Assembly (NCBI GenBank): GCA_036785375.1
Contig: JAWMAR010000361.1
Coordinates: 806,001 to 870,000, forward strand
Length of the DNA stretch: 64,000 bases
Direction: 5' to 3'
From: Leucoraja ocellata
Lineage: Eukaryota
Every line of letters begins with the position of its first letter. Position 1 is the first letter of the stretch. This document shows, one piece after another, positions 36,984 to 49,350 of the stretch. Below the pieces are notes generated by a model. That model did not search any database and was not told the DNA's origin. It worked only from the letters and a program-made list of their open reading frames with translations. The position numbers and the translations under genes were made by a program.

Positions 36984-37266
36984 GCACGGTGGTGCAGGGG
37001 TAGAGTTGCTGCCTTACAGCGCCAGAGACACGGGTTCGATCCTGACTATGGGCGCTGTCCGTAGAGAGTTTGTACGTTCCACCCATGACCTGCGTGGGTT
37101 TTCTCCGGGTGCTCCGGTTTCCTCCCACACTCCAGGTTTGCAGGTTCATTGGCTTGCTAAAATTGTAAATTGTGTGTGTCGGATAGTGTGAGTGTGCGGG
37201 GATCGCTGATTGTCACGAACACGGTGGGCCGAAGGGCCTGTTTCTGCACTGAATCTCTAAACTAAA
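36984..37266 (+). mobile_element. Full-length V-SINE (HE1-like)
   Basis: A-box-like TGGTGCAGGGG, B box GGTTCGATCC at 37033-37042, V-domain, CR1-type tail. Confidence 0.9.
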
Positions 37267-37729
37267 GATAGTTACAGAGTTACACTTAACAAATGGCAAA
37301 TTAAATATAATATCCTTGAAAGTGCTAAAAAATGTTAACACCCAGAAATTTCAGTTAGTTCTGTGGCATGAACAGCGACTTCCATTTTAAAGGATGAAAG
37401 TCGGTGTCAAAGTTGGATGGCTGTATGTTTATGCGGTTTCATCAGCATAATGTCACAGCCCAAATATGTTTTAATAATTAATGTATTTTATATGTTTTCT
37501 CATATGAAGTGTGCCTGACAGATATTTGGCTGTGTAAGAATGAGAGCAATTGTGAAAGAAAGATTTACAATGCACTGCACTCTATCAACAACACAAAACA
37601 ATTTTGAAATAGGCACATGGAAGTAAACATAATACTTTGCGTCATCTATCCCATTGTAACACATTGGCAACGAACCACGGTGCTGGGGTGTAGTAGATAC
37701 AAGTGGAACCAAAATGTAAATCACCACGT

Positions 37730-38150
37730 TTGGCAACACTGTGCCTATATTCGCTGGAGTTTAGAAGAATTAGGGGGGATCTCGTTGAAACGTTTAGGAT
37801 AGTGAGAGGCTTGGATAAAGTGGATGTGACAAGGATGTTTCCACTAGTGGGAGAGTCGAGGACTCGAGGTCTTAGCCTCACAATTAAAGGATGTTCTTTT
37901 AAAAAGGAGACAAGGATGAATTTCTTTAGTCAGAGGGTGGTGAATCTGTGGGATTCTTTGCCACAGAAGGATGTGGAGATAAAGTCAGTGGATATATTTA
38001 AGGCAGAGATGGACAGATTCTTGATTAATATGGGAAGAAAGGTGTAGAATGGGGTTAGGAGGGAGAGATAGATCAGCCATGATTGAATGGCGGAGTAGAT
38101 TTGATGGGGAGAATTGGCCTAATTCTGCTCCTGTCTCTTATGATCTTATG
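37730..38150 (+). mobile_element. CR1 3' end, (TTATGATC) tail
   Basis: ORF 37703..38047 LYSLEFRRIRGDLVETFRIVRGLD..FFSQRVVNLW. Confidence 0.9.
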
Positions 38151-39275
38151 TCCACCTTCAGAAGAGGGTGAAATGCATGTGATGGTTTCCTACTGTACAA
38201 GTGCAAAGAGTCACACTTTTCCATTTTCATGAATAAGCTCCATTTTATCATGCACAAGACTGGTGCCAAACTCGCTACCAGATTAAAATCATCTCAGCCA
38301 AGGAGTCTCAACATCTGTTAGCCTTTTACAGAGCACACGTTATTAAGAGGGGCCATTAAATCCCATCATTTGCGTCAGATATTTTTTCCTATTAGCTTCT
38401 TCAATATAATAGAACAGCAATGATCTGTGTTAAAGGGGCAGTGCCGGAGGATTTGGAAGCCACAGAAGGGTTGTTTTATTTTAACATAACGTGACGTGCT
38501 GGAGCTGATGATTACCAAATATGCATGTACTCATTTACCAATGAGACCAAATTAGCTGCCATTTTACACAAAACCAGGCTTCTTGCAAGTTACACAATAT
38601 GAGTTCATTTGATAAATGCTTCCAATTTGAAATCATTTACAATGGATGCTTCACTGAAAATGTTTCAATTCAGGGAAGAATAATAATGCAAAAACAAATA
38701 GAAGAACTAGCCCTTGGGGTAGTTTGCAGTTTTTTGGATCAATTTTGTTAAAGAGTTGTTGAAACTACCTTCGCAGATCACTTTTTTTTTAATAAGTTAG
38801 TGCTGGAGTTAATCCAATATGAATTCCATTCCAGGAAAAAGAAATTGGCAGCACATAGCCAGCAGACTGGTGTAAAACTGCAATGGAAAATAACCCTCCA
38901 GCCACCAGCATCAAACTCGTACAATAAGGCACAGTGTTAATGAATGCCTGGTCTCACACTAGAGGCAGACTTGGACCTCTCCACATGTTTCTTGGCAACT
39001 AAAGACACTGGTGTGGCGTCGATGCCCTAACTGACTCTGTATGTTCTCTGTATTTCGTTTAAAAGAGCTGAAGATCGTGGCTCAGGTTTTCTGAGTGAGT
39101 TTGCTGGAGATGAACGGTCTAACGTCACCCTTTGTCTCTGCGGTGTCAGGCATAGCTGTCACCTGTGTGGATGCATTTCAATCCTTCTTCATCAGGTGCC
39201 TGGAGGGCTTTCTGTCTCCCCAGGGCTAGAGGACTTCCCCTCCTCTCCTCTGCTCAGCAGGGATTCCAGAAACCT

Positions 39276-39640
39276 GTAGGAAGGAACTGCAGATGCTGGT
39301 TTACACCGAAGATAAGCACAAAATGCTGGAGTAACTCAGTGGGACGGGCAGCATCTCTGGAGAGAAGGAATGGGTGACGTTTCGGGTCGAGACCCTTCTT
39401 CAGACTGAGGCTCAGGGGAGAGGGAAACTAGAGGTATGAAAAGGTACAGACAAATCAGAGCTGACCAAGGAAAGGTGGAGCCCACAATGGTCCATTGTTG
39501 GTAGTGGAAGAGGTGATAACGTGAGTATATGTGGATGCGAACAGTGGAACTAGCAGGACAACGAGATTGGGGGAGGGGTAGAGAGAGAGGGAATGCAGGG
39601 GTTACTTGAAATAGACGATTCATTCCGACTGAGACGATTC
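39276..39640 (-). mobile_element. Penelope-like element 3' terminal region
   Basis: Complete terminal repeat plus upstream UTR similar to 5640-5800 and 17580-17810. Confidence 0.85.
39376..39403 (-). ncRNA. Minimal hammerhead-ribozyme-like motif
   Basis: Minus CTGAAGA-A-GGGT(CTCG)ACCC-GAAA-CG-TC. Confidence 0.45.
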
Positions 39641-39768
39641 ATTTTCACACAGAGAGTGGTGAATCTCTGGAACTCTCTGCCACAGAGGGTAGTTGAGGCC
39701 AGTTCATTGGCTATATTTAAGAGGGAGTTAGATGTGGCCCTTGTGGCTAAGGGGATCAGGGGGTATGG
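39640..39768 (+). mobile_element. Young CR1 fragment lacking its tail
   Basis: FTQRVVNLWNSLPQRVVEASSLAIFKRELDVALVAKGIRGYG. Confidence 0.9.
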
Positions 39769-40683
39769 GGGCACCATTCAGATAATAATCTGCCTTCTTG
39801 TTCTTGCCACCAACCTCACATTTATCCACATTATACTGCATCTGCCATGTACCTGCCCACTCACCCAACCTGTCCAAGTCACCCTGCATCCTCATATCAT
39901 CCTCTTCACAGTTCACACTGCCACCCAGCTTTGTGTCATCTGCAAATATGCTAATGTTCCTTTTAATTCCTTCATCTAAATCATTAATATATATTGTGAA
40001 TAGCTGTAGTCCCAGCACATAGCCTTGCGGTATCCCACTAGTCACTGCCTGCCATTCTGAAAGGAACCCGTTGATTCTAACTCTTTGTTTCCTGATGCTG
40101 CTGCACCCGCTGAGTTTCTCCAGCTTTTTTGTGTACCCCTAATTTTCTATCCATGTCAATATCCTACCCCCAATACCATGTGCTCTAATTTTGCCCACTA
40201 ATCTCCTGTGTGGAACCTTACCAAAGGCTTTCTGAAAGTCCAGGTAGACTACATCCACATGCTTTCCCACATCCAATTTACTTGCTACATCCTCAAAAAA
40301 TTCCAGTAGATTAGTCAAGCAAGATTTCCCTTTCATAAATCCATGCTGACTTGGACTGATCTTGTTACTGCTATCCAAATGCGTCGCTATTACATCTTTA
40401 ATAATGGACTCCTGCATCTTACCCACCACCGATGTCAGTCTAACTGGTCTATAATTCCCTGTTCTCTATCTCCCTCCTTTGTGGGATAACATTAGCTACC
40501 CTCCAATCCACAGGAACTGTTCCAGAATCTACAGAACATTGTAAAATGATCACCAATGCATCCACGATTTCTTGACCCACCTACTTGAGTGCCCTGTGAT
40601 GTAGACCATCAGGCCCTGGACAATTATCAGCCTCCAGTCCAATCAATCTATCCAATACCATTTCCTGACTAATGTGAATTTCC
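39769..40683 (-). mobile_element. CR1 LINE RT core fragment
   Basis: QHGFMKGKSCLTNLLEFFE..VYLDFQKAF / TSGIPQG..LFTIYINDLD..FADDTKLGG. Confidence 0.95.
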
Positions 40684-41100
40684 TAAACTAAACTAAAACT
40701 AAGCTAATGTGAACCAGTGATCGATGGCCAGCGGGGACAAAATGGATATGTGTGTCAGGTCAGTTCAGTTTCGCTTTTTGTCACGTGTACCAAGGTATGG
40801 TGAAAAACCTTTTGTTGCATGCTAACCAGTCAGCAGAAAGACAACACATGATTACAATCAAGTGTGCATGTGCATATGTGCATGTGTGTTTAGGTGAAGC
40901 TGCATCTGTCTAGCAGAGGTTGGTGTCCATTCCTTTGGATTCTCTTGTTACTTGTTGAACACCACACTCTGACAAGTCTGTGAGTTTGCCACACACATCA
41001 TCATCTTAACATCTTCACCCTTCCTCTGTCTGCCTAACTTCCCCTGACTGCTTTCCTCATTCACCTTCCCCAACTCTCTCTCAGTTTTCTCCTCAATACT

Positions 41101-41668
41101 CCACACCTGGAGTATTGTGTACAGTTTTGGTCTCCTAATCTGAGAAAAGACGTTCTTGCCATAGAGGGAGTACAGGGAAGGTTCACCAGACTGATTCCTG
41201 GGATGTCAGGACTTTCATATGAAGAAAGACTGGATAGACTCAGCTTGTACTCGCTAGATTTTAGGAGATTGAGGGGGGATCTTTTAGAAACTTACAAAAT
41301 TCTTAAGTGGTTGGACAGGCTAGATGCAGGAAGATTGGTCCCGATGTTGAGGAAGTCCAGAACAAGGGTCCAGAACAACAGTTTCAGGATAAGGGGGAAA
41401 TCTTTTAGGACCGAGATGAGACAAACATTTTTCACACAGAGAGTGGTGAATCTCTGGAATTCTCTGCCACAGAAGGTAGTTGAGGCCACAGTTCATTGGC
41501 TATATTTAAGAGGGAGTTAGATGTGGCCCTTGTGGCTAAAAAGATCGGGGGTATGGAGAGAAGGCAGGTACAGGATATTGAGTTGGATGATCATATTGAA
41601 TGGCGGTACAGGCTCGAAGGGCCGAATGGCCTCTACTCCTGCACCTATTTTCTATGTTTCTATGTTTC
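41101..41668 (+). mobile_element. Young CR1 3' fragment
   Basis: ORF 41203..41520 MSGLSYEERLDRL..; (TTTCTATG)n. Confidence 0.95.
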
Positions 41669-43440
41669 AACACCCTCTCCCTACTCCTTTCTGCAAACCC
41701 ATGTCTTGGGTCATTGATTGAAAGATACACATGGAACCATTTGATCAGATTCAGATTCAGATTCAGATTCAATTTTAATTGTCATTGTCAGTGTACAGTA
41801 CAGAGACAACGAAATGCATTGATAATAAATAAGATAAAATAAACTAGGAAAATAATTCCACTGTGCCTGGGTATATGTGACAATAAAGCACGGTTGAACC
41901 ATTTTGAACCACTGAACCCCTGGGCCTGATCTCAGTCCAACTCCATGGGTGGGATGTTTCATGCCAGGCCCATGACTGAACCAGTCATTAATATGGCTCT
42001 GCTTTAACTATCCTGGGCGCCCTTTCGAATTTCTAGGCTGCATTATCCATTACAGACTGTGTCTAGGCACCCATTACATCAGGAGTTACTGGTCAGATTC
42101 GATGCTTGCCTATAAAAAGGCATTAAATTAGAAGTATGTTTTTGTCCAAGAAAAATCAGCCGACATGTTGATGTAATGTAAAATTCATTGTTAGTGGCGG
42201 TGGAAAAAATTGTACAGCATTATTATTTCCACCAGTTTCACTGTGGGCCAATAAACCACTGAATAGAATCCTTATTCAGTGAGTAAAGCCAATATCATGA
42301 CATTGTTTGTGTTCTGGGGCCAGATTGCTCTGTTGCTATCTATAATATCCAATGATTTGTCAACTGATTAACAACAGATACAACATGAACTAAGATCCAG
42401 AACTAAGCAAGTTGGAAAATAGAAGTTAAGAAAAGGGAATGTCAAGTTTTCAATGATTGTTAACTAGACTAACACCTAAAATGAACATGGGGATCTAATA
42501 TTTGATTAACTGATATCCATTGATTGCACATAGCCTGTTAACTTCATCAAAAAGTCCTTATATATAGATGACCACAGTTGCCTTACAACCATGCTATGAC
42601 AGAACAGCCACGGAGTGAAGGGATTGAAGTTATTTTTATTCATTTACTTGACCAAGTGGGACCCGTTGGGTCCCGTTCCCCCAACGCGGGGGTGGGGGTG
42701 GGATGTAGGTTTCTCTGATATATGCAATGTGTATTCCCTTCCCTTAACGCACATGACAAAGAAGTGGTGAACCTTATTCTTGAACCACTGCATCATTCTG
42801 TTATGTTACACAAGTCGTGCAAGATGGATGTAAATGCAGACAGGTTGGTTGGTAAGTCCGCAGATGACAATGGCACCCAAGATTTCTGGGGTCGCAGACT
42901 GTGGGGAAAGCCGTCAAAACATGCAGCGGGATATAGATCAGCCCCAGAAATGGCAGACGGAAACAAACACACCTTACCTGACGGAGCGTTTTCGAACGCC
43001 TCCAAACCGCGCGCCACGAGACGACGTATTGACACGCATGAGGGCTGGCGAGTTCTTCACGCAGTCTCATCACGAGACTTCGATATAAATCAGCCTTATT
43101 GTTTCTCTTCCCTTGGTGCTTTTAAACATTGGGTCTGGCATGCACTGGAAGCTTCAATGCCAGACACCCATTTTTATGTGCTTTAAAATAATTTTAATGA
43201 CGTTCTTAGTTTGATATTTTCACGATCACATTTAAAACATCCTAATCTGGAGGACTCTGAATCTTTTATTTTTACTTTAAATCATTGGAATTCTCCTACC
43301 AATAAAAGACAGCTTGTCTCTAAAAACTGCTTCCCTCACATAAACTGTTGATTCTTATCCCATCTTAATATCAGCTGGAAGCAATTAGAATTAGTTTACA
43401 TTTGATTAATGAATGGATTTAATCCCAATACTGCATAAGC

Positions 43441-43540
43441 ATGTGTGTGTGTATGTTTGCATATGACAGCATGCATGCAAAGTATGTGTATGTACAGGTG
43501 TGGGTGTGTGTGCACAGCCACACACACAAACACGCACATA
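43441..43540. repeat. Degenerate (TG)n/(CA)n microsatellite
   Basis: TG-rich tract followed by CA-rich tract. Confidence 0.7.
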
Positions 43541-43991
43541 GAATTGGCTTGAATGCGTGCAACTTGGCACACTTTATCGTCTATTCTTGGAATGGATTCC
43601 TTGGTTTAATGATTAGGAAAATACAATGTGTTGCAGTTGCAATTGTTTAAAATCACATGTTTATTATATAACAGAAACATTTGGATTTCAGGCTCGAAAT
43701 TGAGGCCATGAAAAGTCATTAGCAGTCCTTCTCAGGAGCAGCTTGACTGTTGAACAAGGGGGTCAATAGCAGTTATCCAGAAAAATGGGCACTACAGCTT
43801 TGATCATTGGCTCTGGGTCGAACATCTACATTGGACATGAAGGCCACCACTTACGGAGTTCATCTTCCCAAGGCTGGGCTCAGAAAATCAGCAGTGGCCA
43901 TGGACCAGGTTAGCAATGGGTAGTTGTATTTGGGATCCCATCTCAACCAAGCGGATGAGATGGATGTGGGATCCTATCTCAACCAACCAGG

Positions 43992-44250
43992 CACTGCTGT
44001 AGAGTTGCTGCCTTACAGCACTTGCAGGGCCAGAGACCCGCGTTCGATCCGTGTGGGTTTTCTCCGAGATATTCAGTTTCCTCCCACACTCCAAAGACGT
44101 ACAGGTTTGTAGGTTAATTTGCTTGGTAAATGTAAAAATTGTCTCTTGAGTGTGTACGTTCATGTGAATATGCGGGGAACTCTGATCGGTGCCAACCCGG
44201 TGGGCCGAGAGGCGTGATTCCGCGCTGTGTCTCTAAACTAAACTAAAAGT
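43992..44250 (+). mobile_element. V-SINE with internal deletion
   Basis: GTAGAGTTGCTGCCTTACAGC head, GTTCGATCC, tail CTCTAAACTAAACT. Confidence 0.85.
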
Positions 44251-46984
44251 GAAGGCGATCATAAGCTCATAAGTGATGGGAGCAGAACCTCCACCCCCTG
44301 CTGATCATCTAAAACTAAAACTAAAGCGAAAAGTATTTAAAATAAGTAAGAACCTGCATGGAATTAAAAAGAGTAACAAAGCAGACCAGGGCTATACAAA
44401 ATTAATTTACTCGATTTACCAATCCCAATCCAACTTTGTTATATATATTTGAAAAGTGAGATAGTCAGGAACAATAAAATGGAGAGACAAAAAACTGCAG
44501 GTGCTGGATTCTTGCGCAAACCACAAGACTTTGGGGAAACTCAGTGGGTAAGGCGGCTTCTGTAGAGGGAATGGACAGACGATGCTTCGAACTGGGACCC
44601 TTAATCAGCCTTAGACTTCAATCTGAAGAAGAGCCACTTGTCCATTCCCTCCATAGATGTTGTCTGATCTGTTGAGTTCCTCCAGCACCTTGTTCTTCAG
44701 TAAGGTGCAAAGTGAATTCCTTGGAAACATAAGAATATTGCAAATGGAAATAAGATAATGGTAGACATGTTGAACTATAAATTTGTGTTAAACATTTACA
44801 TAAGATAATATCTGATATTGAAAGTAATATTAAGTCAGAGATGGAGCCTGAACAAAACAAAAATAACCAGCATACCAAATTTGAAGAAACTAGTGGCTTT
44901 AAAGTCTAACAAATCCACAGTGCATCTTGGCACCAGGTATTTAATGAAGTAGCTAAAATTTGTTTAGCTTAGTTTAATTTATTGTCACGTGTCCTTAGGG
45001 ACAGTGAAAAGCGTTTTGTTTTTGATAGTGCATTAACGCATACATACTAACCAGTACCATCCAATGTTATCTCAAATGAAAGACAATTTCTTTAAGTTCG
45101 AAAACTATTCATGATGCTTTGTTATTTCAGAAAAGAAAGGGTCTCGACCCAAAACGTCACCCATGCCTTCTCTCCAGAAATGCTGCCTGTCCCGGTGAGT
45201 TCCTCCAACTTTTTGTGTCTATCTTCGGTTTAAACCAGCATCTACAGTTCCTTCCTACACAAGCCGAAATTAGTGCATCATAGACTGATTAGCTAAATAT
45301 CCATTTCCATAGCATTACAAATTAGCATTAAAATATGAAGTCAAAATGAGAGGCAAGCTTTTCATAAAGGGAAGTAATGTTATACTTTCATATGTAATGG
45401 AAGACAGTACCTTGGAATTCTCTCTCACAATAACAGGAGTCACCAATTTTCTATCTGAGAATGATGATTTTTGCTAACCAAACTGATGAAGAGATACGGA
45501 GACAGTAATATTGGGTTAGGTCACGATCTCATTAAGTACCGGGAGAATGGTCTGCTCTAGTTTATTGTGCTCCATGTTGTCAATGACCCCTTAGGTTTTT
45601 TGAATTGCTTGGCCACAGTGCAATTTTCTAACCATTCATTTAAACGCAGTCAAAAAATAATCACCCAGAGCAACTGTGCTGAGATCTGTCATTCGCAAGA
45701 GTGAAGGTCTTCAACAGGAGCAAAAAGTTAACACTTATAATTCAACTCTTCTGCCAAAGGCACTAAACCTACAAATCTCGGCTGTCCAATAAACCCGAGA
45801 AAGCTGACAAGTCCGTGCAATGTCGCTATTTAGAACATTACTGATAACTTTAAAATGTATTTAATGCAATTTATATTCCTGTAATTTGAGGTATAATGCG
45901 ATGTCTGAATTATCTCCAGGGAGCCAATGGTAAATGGATCTGAACTGAGGGATCAGCCACATTCTTATTCAGTGACAGAAGAGACTCAAAGAGGCCAAAT
46001 GATTCACTCCTGCGTCTAATTTTAATGATTCAGTATTACTTCCACTTCTATATCATTCCCCAGATTGCCCTTTGACTTGCTTTAAATTACTTCTACTGTA
46101 ACAAGTGCACTAGTTTCATAACTAATAAAACATTTTGTTTTAATCGAGGTGGCCTTAAACTATAAAAAAGTCATTGACAATGGGTTTAAGAGTGTAATTT
46201 AACCTCAAAGATCTACAAGCCTCTCATAAACCCCTTCAGTTGCACCATTAGGATTTTGATCCTCTGAACAGTTTGACTGAATTATTGCTCTAAGCTCTCG
46301 GCTACTACCCACTGACCTAAACGTATTAAAATCTCCATATGACAAAAATTAATGTAGGTAAAGAGGAACTCCATGAGGATACTGGAGGAGGTAGCAATAT
46401 AGCCATTTTAATGCTTCCTTCCTCTGTTAATGACTCTAATGGGTCAACAGTCTGGTCCAACTGAACATGTCGTTATGTCGTTTTAGCAGGAAAAAAAAAT
46501 TAAACATATGAACAATGATCTCAACTAAGCTATTATCATTTTAATAAAATCCTGTTTTCAGGAGGGCAGGCCCATGAATAGACTCACAGAGTAAATATGG
46601 TTTAAAGTATTAGCGAACTGTTCATTAATCAAGGATCATTACTAATATTTCCATTAAACAAAGCAAACTGAGTCATCTAAATCTGATCCTCAAATATTCC
46701 CCATCATTCATCAGAATACTCACCATGTTATAACATAATGTAGAACAGTACAGTACCTGGACAGGCCTTCCAGCCCACAATGTCCATACAGAACATAATT
46801 CCAAGACCATCTTAGTTTAGTTTAGTTTAGTTTAGAGATACAGCGCAGAAACAGGCCCTTTGGCCCACAGGGTCCGTGCCAATCAGCGATCCCCTCATAT
46901 TAACACCAGGAATAATATTTACGTTTACCGAGCCAATTGACTTACATACCTGTACTTCTTCAAAGTAGTTTTAAATGTTTATAG

Positions 46985-47256
46985 CCCGAGGGCGGGGGGA
47001 TGGGAGGAGACAGCTCGAGGGTTAAGGAAGGGGAGGAGACAGCAAGGGCTAGCAAAACTGGGAGAATTCAACGTTCATGCCATCCGGACACAAGCAACCC
47101 AGGCGGAATATGAGGTGCTGTTCCTCCAATTTCCGGTGTTGCTCACTCTGGCAATGGAATTGTCTGAAGAAGGGTTTCGGCCCGAAACGTTGCCTATTTC
47201 CTTCGCTCCATAGATGCTGCTGCACCCGCTGAGTTTCTCCAGCATTTTTGTGTACC
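46985..47256. mobile_element. PLE GIY-YIG C-terminus (minus) fused to an inverted terminal repeat (plus)
   Basis: FHCQSEQHRKLEEQHLIFRLGCLCPDGMNVEFSQFC*; terminal repeat from 47162. Confidence 0.9.
47164..47191 (+). ncRNA. Minimal hammerhead-ribozyme-like motif
   Basis: CTGAAGA-A-GGGT(TTCG)GCCC-GAAA-CG-TT. Confidence 0.45.
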
Positions 47257-47910
47257 TGTACTTCTTTGTAGTTTGGGTTACCAACACTTATCTGCCTGCA
47301 CATGATCCATGTCCCTCCATACCTTGCATATGCATGTGCTTGTCCAAAAGTCTCTTTAATGCCACCATCGTATATGCTTCCACCACTACTCCCGGCAGCA
47401 CATACCAAAATGTCACTCACCCTCCTCGGTATAAAAAACTTTGTTACATGTGACAACTATAATTTTAAGCATTCAAATATATAAGATTTTATTGTAACAA
47501 AGGAATATCACAGTAATTAATATCTGATTTCTCTGCGACTAGACTAATCTCCAAAGACATACAGGTTTGTAGGTTAATTGGCTTGGTATAAATGTAAAAA
47601 AAATGTCAAATTGGGTCCATAGCATTTGTCGGGTAATGTTAATGTGTGGGGATTGCCCATCAGTGCGGACTTGATGGGCCGAAGGGCCTGTTTTCGCGCT
47701 GTATCTCTAAATTAAACTAAACAAAAGCTTTTAAATGTGATTATTTCCTTTGGGGTAGAGAATTGCCACCCTCTGAGCGAAAATCATTTGATTACGTAAG
47801 TTTGGGGGGAGCAGGTAATGGGAAATAAATGTACAATTGTCGCCGTGCCACCCTGTCTCTGAGTCCCATCAAACAGCCAGAGTTTGGTTATGATTCACCG
47901 TGCTCATGAA

Positions 47911-48550
47911 AGGTGGCACAGTGGCGCAGCTGGTAAAGCTGCTGCCTCACAGCATCGCAGACCCAGGCTCCTTCCCTGCCTCGGGTGCTGTCTGTGTGGA
48001 GTTTGCACGTTTTCCCTGTGACCACGTGCGTTTCCTCTGGGTGCTCCAGTTTCCGCCCAAAGATGTGCAGTCTTGTGGCTTAATGGGTATCTGTAAATTT
48101 CCTGCAGGGTGTGGATATGAAAGTGTGGTAACAACTAGTGTGAATGGGTTGTCGATGGTCGGTCTGATTCAATGATGCTTCATTGTCACATGTAGCTTTG
48201 TACAGAGAAATGGTTAATGTTGCGTACAACCTGGGAAAATCCTGCAGCAGACCGCACCTGGGCTGTACGCAAGGGTCGTCACATTTTAAGCACCGATAAA
48301 GTTGCAAAAGTTCATCGAACAGGCCTGCGCGTGACAGCAGGCGGCCCCCTGTCAGGACCCCCCCCCCTGCAATCTAGGCAGCCCCTCCTCGCTCCCTGAC
48401 AGCTTACCTTGCTCACAGCGCTTGCTCGCGGGTCTCTCCTCATTCTCGCGGTGCGGGTCCCGGCAAAGTCCACGGTGAGTGAGCCAGGCCTACTGGGCCT
48501 ACTGAAGGGCTTGTTTCCGTCCTGTATCTCTCAGTCAATCATTCAATCAT
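47911..48550 (+). mobile_element. V-SINE split by a ~320-bp CpG-rich insertion (~48165-48490)
   Basis: Head GGTGGCACAGTGGCGCAGCTGG and V-domain; tail resumes at GAAGGGCTTGTTTCC. Confidence 0.75.
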
Positions 48551-48634
48551 AAGTTAAGGAAAATGGAGATTTGGAAATGAAGACAGCAAACCAAATTGTT
48601 ATAAAAAAATGATTATTCAATGATAATTGCCTTT

Positions 48635-49350
48635 TCCATTGTTGGGGAATCAAGAACCAGACGGCAAAGGTTTAAGGTGAAAGGGGTAAAATTTAATAGG
48701 GTATACGGAACAAACTGCCAGTGGAGGTAGTTGATGCAGACAGCCTATAAAATACTCGTGGGCAGGTACAGAGACAGGAAAGGATTAGAGGGTTACGGAC
48801 CAAACATGGGCGAATGGGACTAGCTTAGATGGGGCATCTTGGTCAGCATTGATGAGTTGGGCCAAAGGGCCTGTTTCCGTGTTCTATGACATTGTGACTG
48901 TGATTTCATAGAAACATAGAAAAATAGGTGCAAGAACAGGCCATTCAGTCCTTCGAGCCCGCACCGCCATTCAATATGATCATGGTTGATCATCTAAAAT
49001 CAGTACCCCATTCCTGCTTTTTCCCCATATCCCTTGATTCCTTTAGCCCCAAGAGCTAAGTCTAACTCTCTAGAAAACATCCAGTGAATTGGCCTCCACT
49101 GCCTTCTGTGGCAGAGCATTCCACAAGTTTTTCCTCATCTCAGTCCTAAATGGCCGACCCCTTATTCTTAAACCGTGACCCTTGGTTCTGTACTCCTCTA
49201 ACATCAGGAACATTTTTCCTGCATCTAACTTGTCCAATCCTTCTGATACAGTATGTTCTATACAGTTTAGACATAATTTTATACAGTTTGTTTGAATATA
49301 AGATCCCCCTCTCATCCATCTGCATTTTAGTGAATACAAGCCCAGTCGAC
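48635..49350. mobile_element. Two tail-to-tail CR1 3' ends (plus ~48635-48905, minus ~48906-49350)
   Basis: ORF 49070..49339 and typical CR1 tails. Confidence 0.85.

Noticed and set aside
36984-37060. tRNA gene
   Set aside because: A/B boxes belong to the tRNA-derived head of a V-SINE; no cloverleaf acceptor stem.
42722-43186. 154-aa ORF
   Set aside because: Chimeric read-through of a decayed CR1 RT piece (KSADD from KFADD) and an unrelated CpG-rich repeat.
43931-43986. Imperfect 20-bp direct repeat TGGGATCC(C/T)ATCTCAACCAA
   Set aside because: Simple local duplication, two copies only.
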